Below are positions 57,604 to 64,000 of a DNA stretch of 64,000 nucleotides, piece by piece (positions within the stretch are counted from its first letter, which is position 1; each line of letters opens with the position of its first letter). Source of the stretch: Squalus acanthias. Taxonomy: Eukaryota. The notes beneath the pieces were generated by a model. That model had not been told where the DNA came from and searched no databases. It saw only the letters and a list, made by a program, of their open reading frames with translations. The stretch spans positions 123,134,001-123,198,000 of the forward strand of contig CM059431.1 of the NCBI GenBank assembly GCA_030390025.1. Reading direction: 5' to 3'. The position numbers and the translations under genes were made by a program.

Positions 57604-60600
57604 TGTAATATACGTGGGTAGAACAAATGAAGGACAGAGACACGATGAGTTGCTTGTCCATGTGCTTGCTTTATTAGGCCAGAGCAAACTGAGCATGCTC
57701 ATACCAAACCATGTGATAATATATTACACTGCTTTCCCCCTTAAAAAAAAACGATGTATTCCCCTCTCAAATACAACAAAACTATGGTCCCACCTTTCCC
57801 AGCATTACATGTAACACATAACAAAACTCTTGGCTTTTTTTCTTTTAAATGAACTACAAATCCAGTTTAATAACAGGTTTGCAGAGCCTTCCTGATCTCT
57901 TTACAGAAGGTTTTGGTGTTGAACCAATTTTCGGGCTGTTTTGTTTTGGTTCTGAACTCAAAGATGATCCTGTTTCTATCTCTGACTTGTTTGAACCCAT
58001 GTGTTTCACTTCAATCCACTTTGAGTGACTATCTACAAGTACCAGGAAATAATCATTTGCTTTCTCACTGAAGTCTACATGTACTCTCCGAAAAGGTCTA
58101 CTTGGCCATGACCAGGGTTGTAGTGGAGTTTTGGGTGGTTTGTTTCTGCAATTTTGGCAAATGCTGCATTTGCTGACAAGTGACTCAAGATCACTGTCCA
58201 ATCCAGGCCAGTAAACAAAGCTTCTTGCAATTGATTTCATACTGAAGATCCCTGGATGTTCAGTATGAAGTTCAGCCTGAATTCTATCTCTCAAAGAAGT
58301 AGGTACCACCAATCTTTTTCCCCACTTGATACAACCTTGCACACAAGACAATTCAGTATGACGGTTATGGAATGGTTTCAATTCTATGTCCCTACACTGA
58401 TCAGTCCATCCAGTCAAGGTCTTTTCATACACTCTTTTCAGTACTGAGTCCTTTTGAGTCTTATCTGCAATCTCAGTTGCATTCACGGGAAAGTCTTTGT
58501 CAACTGCACCTAGCGTGAAAATCTCACCTTCCCTCCCAACACACGAGTCTTCATGTGGCAACCTGGACAAGGCATCTGCGATTGTGTTTTGCTATGAAGT
58601 GTGATATTTAATCGTGTAGTCATATTCTGACAACAACACTGCCCAACATTGTATTCTTGATGCAGCCATTGCAGGAATGGCAGATTTGGGCCCCAATATT
58701 TTTAGGAGCTGTTTGTGAACGGTTATCAGGGTAAACTTTCTGTCGATCAGAAACTGTTGGAATTTCTTGATTCCAAACACTATGGCAAGTGCTTCCTTTT
58801 CAATTTGCGTGTAGTTTCTTTCACTCTTTGTGAGGGTTCACGATGCAAACGCGATTGGTTTCTCTTGGCCATCATCCATTACGTGGCTTATGACAGCTCC
58901 CACAACATAGCTGGAAGCATCACACACTAACTTAAGCTCACGCTCTGTGTCGTAGTGCACAAGTACAGCATTGCTAGAGAGACTTCTCTTACAAGTGTCG
59001 TAAGTTTCCTCTGGCACTTTCATCCACTTCCACTGGACAGCCTTCTTGAGGAGCTCGTGCAATAGAGCTAACATGGTCACTAACTCAGGTAAGAAACGTG
59101 CGTCGTACTGGACCATTCCAAGGAAAGATCTTAACTCAGACACGTTCTGTGGCTTTAGGGCATTGATGACAGCATCAACCTTATCCTTCACTGGTTGCAA
59201 GCCATTTGCATGAACTTTCAGACCAAAGTACACAACCTCAGGCTGCACAAAGCATATTTGCTCCTTTTCAATTTGACATTGTGGGCATTCAACCTTTGAA
59301 GCACTATATCTAACTTTTCTAGATTTTCTTCCTCGTTGATTGTTGCGATCCACACATCTTCTTGATTGCAGCTTGGTGTATGAGTACAGTCCCTTGTGTG
59401 TGTTGATGGTGAGATACTGTTGACTCTCTTTTCAACATTCAGCTGAGCCTAAGCGTGCGACAGGTCAAGCTTCGAGGAAACCTTTGATCCAGAGAGTGCT
59501 GCATATAAATCTTGCAATGTAAGTAACGGGTACTGCTCATTTTCAACTGCTTGTTTGATAGTAACTTTGTAGTCACCGCACAAGCGTACAGTTTTGTCTG
59601 CTTTGGGCACTACCACAATTGGGGTAGCCCATTCACTTTTGTCAGTTTTTACTAGCACTCTGTTCTCTCTGAGCTGCGCTAGCTCTTCCTCCACCTGACT
59701 TTTCAATGCATAGGGAACCGGCCTTGCCTTACAACAGACAGACTTTGCATTGGACTTGATATGGATATGCGCATCATACCCAGTGATGCCCTCATAACTG
59801 TCTGAGAACATGCTTTTATACTTGTTCAGCATTGTGTCGAGTCACTTCTTTGAAGCATCTACACTGAAGATGTTTTTCCAGTCTAGTTTTAACTTTCTCA
59901 ACCAATCTTTGTCCATGAGGGTTGGCCTGTTGTTGTAGCTCGCTACAATAATAGGCAGCTTTACTGACTGGCCATTGTGTTGAACTGTATGTTCCATTTG
60001 TCCACATGTCTCTATGATGTCTCGGGAGTAGGTTTTTAACTCTGCGGTACTCTTTGTAAGCGGTACTTGATTAAACTTACTCTCATATGTGTCCTTACTC
60101 ATGATAGAGCAGTCCGCCGCCATGTCGATAAACATATCAATATATTGCTAGATGATCGAAAGTTTTGTACAGAAGTCATTCTCACGACTGCTAGTATTGC
60201 CACTAGTGGCATAGATATTGTAGATGCCTAGTTCTTCAACATCAGGTGTGTTCACTTCAATATTGTGAACTCCTCCCTTTTGTTGTCGCTGCTTTGCATC
60301 GCCACTAGAATGGTTCTTACTTCCTGCTTTCGATCTAGCTCTGCAAGCCGTTGAAATATGGCCTTGCTTCTGGCAGTGAAAACACTTCACATTTCTGTAT
60401 TGGCTGGACTGTGATGAGTGATTTCCATTGCAGTGATAACAATTCACTGAACTGCTCTCACCGACATGCTTTTGACTCGGTGTCACAGCTTTAGGATTCG
60501 CGGTGGCTTTGTGACTGTAGACCTCAGCTGCATGAGTCACTTGAGTTGGACGGAGCTCCCTAGCATTCTTAGACGCCATCTCCATAGATAGGGCAATTTT

Positions 60601-61487
60601 GCATGCTATGTCAAACATTAGGTTGAAAGAGTTCAGTAACTTGGACTGTGTGCGCTCATACATCAGTCCACAAACAAACTTATCTCCCAACGCACGATCC
60701 AAAAATGTGCCGAAGTTACAATGCAAAGACAGGTTCTTAAGAGCTGCAATATACTCACTGATGGTTTCACTTTGTTTTTGGTTTTTGATACAAAACCTAT
60801 AGCTCTCTGCTGTTCCTAATGGTCTTGGGGCGAAATGGTCCTCGAGTGTCTTCAAATGATGCATCCTTCGCTTTCCCTGGCGCGAGTAGGTTTGTCAATA
60901 TTCCGTAGCCATCTGGCCCAATCTCCGTTAGAAAAATTGCTTTCTTCCGTTCATGAATTACTTTATTTTGAGCTTGAACATTCTCATCTGCACCTTCGGT
61001 CTCAATAATGTTATTGGCCCTAAAAAAAATCTCCATCCGCTCAATGTAAGAACTGAATTGTTCGTGAGCTCGGTTGAGGCCGAGGTTTATGATCAATCCC
61101 GTAGGCGCGGCCATGATTGTCCCAATCCCGTCGAACAGTGACTCAGCACACTACCTGTGTACATGTGAGAATCAGCGCTGCTGTTGCTGTGTGTACATAC
61201 ACACGAAGGCGAAGCACAAATGATTTGGCATGAGCATTAACTGTAAAAATTTTCAAGAATTCAGTTTAGGTGTCACAAATTCACCTTAAACTTGTCCCCT
61301 CGAAGGTTGAACACTTCATGATCCCTAAAAATGGCGTTGGGTTCTCATCCCTGTCGCCAAAATGTAATATATGTGGATAGAACAAATGAAGGACAGTGAC
61401 ACGATGAGTTGCTAGTCTATGTGCTTGCTTTATTAGGCCAGAGCAAACTGAGCATGCTCATACCAAGCCATGTGAAAATACATTACA
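57604..61487 (-). mobile_element. Ty3/Gypsy LTR retrotransposon (probably Mag-like), both LTRs present, decayed
   Basis: 125-bp LTRs 57604-57728 and 61363-61487 (TGTAAT..ATTACA), 5-bp TSD GGGTC, PBS TGGCGACAGGGATG (tRNA-Ser-like) and PPT AGGGGGAAAGCAG on - strand. Confidence 0.95.
57854..61114 (-). pseudogene. Gypsy gag-pol, frameshifted, with truncated integrase
   Basis: Gag with CFHCQKQGHISTAC knuckle; protease FIDMAADCS; RT WATPIVVVPK..RLCGDYK..KLDLSHA; RNase H LVCDASSY; integrase ELHTEHPG..CSIC, RVHVDF..VDSHSKW then deletion. Confidence 0.92.
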
Positions 61488-62199
61488 GGGTCTCCTTTGG
61501 TCTGGAGGAGGAATGTGAGGAGGGGAGGAGGAATGTGAGGAGGAGATGAGGCCAGGCAGTGCAGCACCAAATACTGCAGGAGAGAATGACAGGAGGGCGA
61601 TGTGGGCTCCTCCCCCACTGCGGTACAGGACCACCAGTGCCGCGTCCGAGAACTTGTGCGCCATCTCCCTCAGTCATTGAGTCATCCTGAAATGTGCCAT
61701 TGTCTGTCAGCCAGCGCTCTCCACACCTTCAGTGGAAGTGGGTGCGTGGCGATTGCATATACTCCATGAAAATTACTCCTAACCAGCGCTTGAGTGCTAA
61801 ACCTACAGGTCTCCGTTTTAGCACTTGCAGGCATGTTTAAATCATAGTAATCACCAACTAGTCCCAAAATTGCGGGCTAAAACAAGACTTTTAAACAGGT
61901 GTGTCTTATTAGCTTAGCACCCACTTGGAGCCTGTTTTCACTCTTTCCCCAAAATATCCCCTCCAGTCTGTACCTCTCAGGAATGCGTAAGACTGTGCTA
62001 TCAAAGTATTAAAAAATTCTAACATTCCCTCCTTCTGAGCCTGAGTGGAACCTCTCTGGGTCAATTTTCACATGGGAATTTTCACTTACCTCTTAACTTT
62101 CTTTCTGGCTCGCCTTACATCATCTTGGATTATCCAATCGGTTAATATTAGATTTACATAAACATACATAGCATATACGTATTGCTCCAATGATTCCTT

Positions 62200-63830
62200 T
62201 TGGTCTTATATCATTTGTTGATAATTATCCATGAGCTCCCCTGTATGCCACACTTGGGAGAGCTCTCTGCTGACCCGATCCCTTTGTTTTCTCTTTAATT
62301 TTGTAAGGGCTCACTTAAGCAATACGTACTTGATAATCACCAGCACCAATATGCAGCATCAAAAAATAACTAATAGTTGTGAGATAATTTCTTTCCATGG
62401 GTGTAGTGAGATGTTATTTATGTGCTCCCACCAAGATTTCCTCCCTAGCCCCTCAATCTCTGTTGCCAAAATTTGATTTTCCTGATGTAGCTAGTGCAGC
62501 TCTTTTACTGAGATCATGGTTCATCTATAATCACTTTTATTTTAATGTTGGGGGGAATTAGATATCCATATTGAATCAACAATTTGTCAGTGGCTGAGGA
62601 CATACCAACGTCCACTGTGATGTTAGTGACATCATGCTTGATCACTGGTATCAGGACCTGATGATCAATCTTGGTAACCTGGGTAGGTTCAAAGCAGAAT
62701 GAGAAATGGGTAACAGGGCAGCTGAAGGGTCCATACTCAAAAGAGGCCACAGCCGTAGTGACACAATAGTGTCCCTGTCCGATTAGTTTAATTTGTCTTG
62801 GGTGCAACGTTGTTGTAGACATGGTACAGTTTGAAGTTTCCTTATTCCAAGCAAACCCACATGCCGGTTTAATAATTTCTCCTCGATCATATCAACACAT
62901 CCATGTATCTTTGACCAATGAACATCCTGCCATGTCTGGCAGTGTCCATGTTTCATTTATTTGTACCACATACGACAGGAAGGGGGTGATATTCCTTATG
63001 CATTTGCTCCTCCAATACCCAAATTGATTCTACCACCCATACTTTTACGGCCACATGGGTCTCTAGGATTGGCAGGGCAAGAATTATCCCTACCAGAGCC
63101 TTGGTCTTATCATGGCATGGGTGAGATGAAGCCCTGCCCAACCTCCTTAGTTCAACAGTGGAAAATTTGGAAGAAGTGACCTTCCATTGTGTGAGCTGTT
63201 TTTCTGACACAGGTGTGGGGATTAAGTTGTTCTGATTATCGTCCAGTCCCTGTTGTATTTAGGAGAGAAGGAATGCCCCATACATGCTACAAGCAACCCC
63301 CTTTGAGGCATTACTTGAAGTCTGAGTATCCTCTTGGATAAGTGTGTTAATTTTGTTCTGGATTCTTTGGTCATTTGATACTAGATCTGTCACTGAAAAC
63401 AACACCTGTCTAACCTCCCATCCTTGGTCATCTAGCATGTGGTTCTCCGTTAGCAGCATTTCTTTAAGCTGGCGTTGCAGCTTCTCATCACGTTCAGCTA
63501 AGGACTCAATGTCCGTCCTATTCCACCTTGCAGTGCTCCCCACAGCTCTAATACCTAACCATTCGGCCACTCCCCACTTTTTATGGTGTCGGGAGGAAGG
63601 TGGAGCAGAGGACTGGTTAACCTCGCTTGTGGTGGCAGGGGCCGGAGGTGAAACTCGAACTCGGAGGTTTTGGAGCTAACGTCTTATCAGCTGTTGTAAA
63701 AAGTTACATATGCCAGGTTGCAAAGTTTTTCTGGTATGGACACACTGCTAAAGTTAAACATCACTGGAAATATTTCATATTGTACATCATTATGTAGAAT
63801 TTGTCCTGTATCTCAAGCTATTAGTCCATT
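62200..63830 (-). pseudogene. env: Envelope glycoprotein pseudogene with class I, F-type layout
   Basis: Across stops and frameshifts: GLIA*DTGQILHNDVQYEIFPVMFNF..., basic site RHHKK(W, likely R)|GVAEWLGI fusion peptide, heptad region IESLAERDEKLQRQLKEML, Cys-rich region, SWWEHINNISLHPW, hydrophobic IISQLLVIF*CCILVLVII and basic tail; directly upstream of PPT and LTR. Confidence 0.78.
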
Positions 63831-63832
63831 AT

Positions 63833-64000
63833 ATAGAATTACATAGAAAAAAACAGCACAGAAACAGGCCATTCAGCCCAACCAGTCCATGCTGGCATTA
63901 ATGCTCCACTTGAGCCTCCTCCCATCCTTCCTCATCTCACCCTATCAGCATAACCCTCTATTCCCTTCTCCCTCATATGCTTATCTAGCTTCCCCTTAAA
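63833..64000 (-). mobile_element. CR1 3' end inserted in the env 5' region
   Basis: CATAGAA..ACAGCACAGAAACAGGCCATTCAGCCC..ATCTAGCTTCCCCTTAAA. Confidence 0.8.

Larger units (their letters stand above)
57027..61963. mobile_element. Non-autonomous Harbinger (copy H, ~1.05 kb own sequence) hosting a Gypsy element
   Basis: GGGGGGGCGATTTT ... AAAATATCCCCTC with TSD CAG/CAG; Myb start remnant MAHKFSDAALVVL (-, 61664). Confidence 0.75.
56377..62024 (-). mobile_element. 3' LTR of an env-bearing LTR retroelement (62024-61964 plus 57026-~56377, ~0.7 kb), split by Harbinger H
   Basis: On - strand, polypurine tract AGAAGGAGGGAA (62036-62025) then TGTTAGAATT; TATAAA near 56885, AATAAA near 56663; candidate end GGGAGTTACA at 56377 (inferred). 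Confidence 0.65.

Overview
Eukaryotic, gene-poor DNA made up mostly of transposable elements. The repeat families (Deu-domain SacSINE1-like SINEs, HE1-like V-SINEs, CR1/HER1-type LINEs, Penelope fragments) point to a cartilaginous fish (shark); this is an inference from recalled family features, not a database search. I found no host protein-coding exon, rRNA, tRNA or CRISPR array. PIF/Harbinger DNA transposons dominate, with at least 8 large copies or derivatives plus several MITEs. The copy at 1-4212 is nearly intact: a 3-exon Myb/SANT-coiled-coil gene and a convergent DDE transposase, each with a single nonsense codon. Notable structures are: (i) a ~3.9 kb fold-back palindrome (22132-26076) made by inverted duplication of a Myb-only Harbinger plus flank, resembling maize Mu killer; (ii) the 3' end of an LTR element (56377-63830) whose decayed envelope has F-type class I fusion-protein layout rather than gamma-type SU/TM; (iii) Penelope-associated minimal hammerhead ribozyme cores; (iv) two long solo LTRs with 4-bp TSDs; (v) two apparently identical young V-SINEs and a stop-free CR1 ORF2 sharing their tail; (vi) a Gypsy element with 125-bp LTRs, a 24-bp minisatellite and two unexplained inverted-repeat pairs. 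Boundaries of old fragments are approximate.
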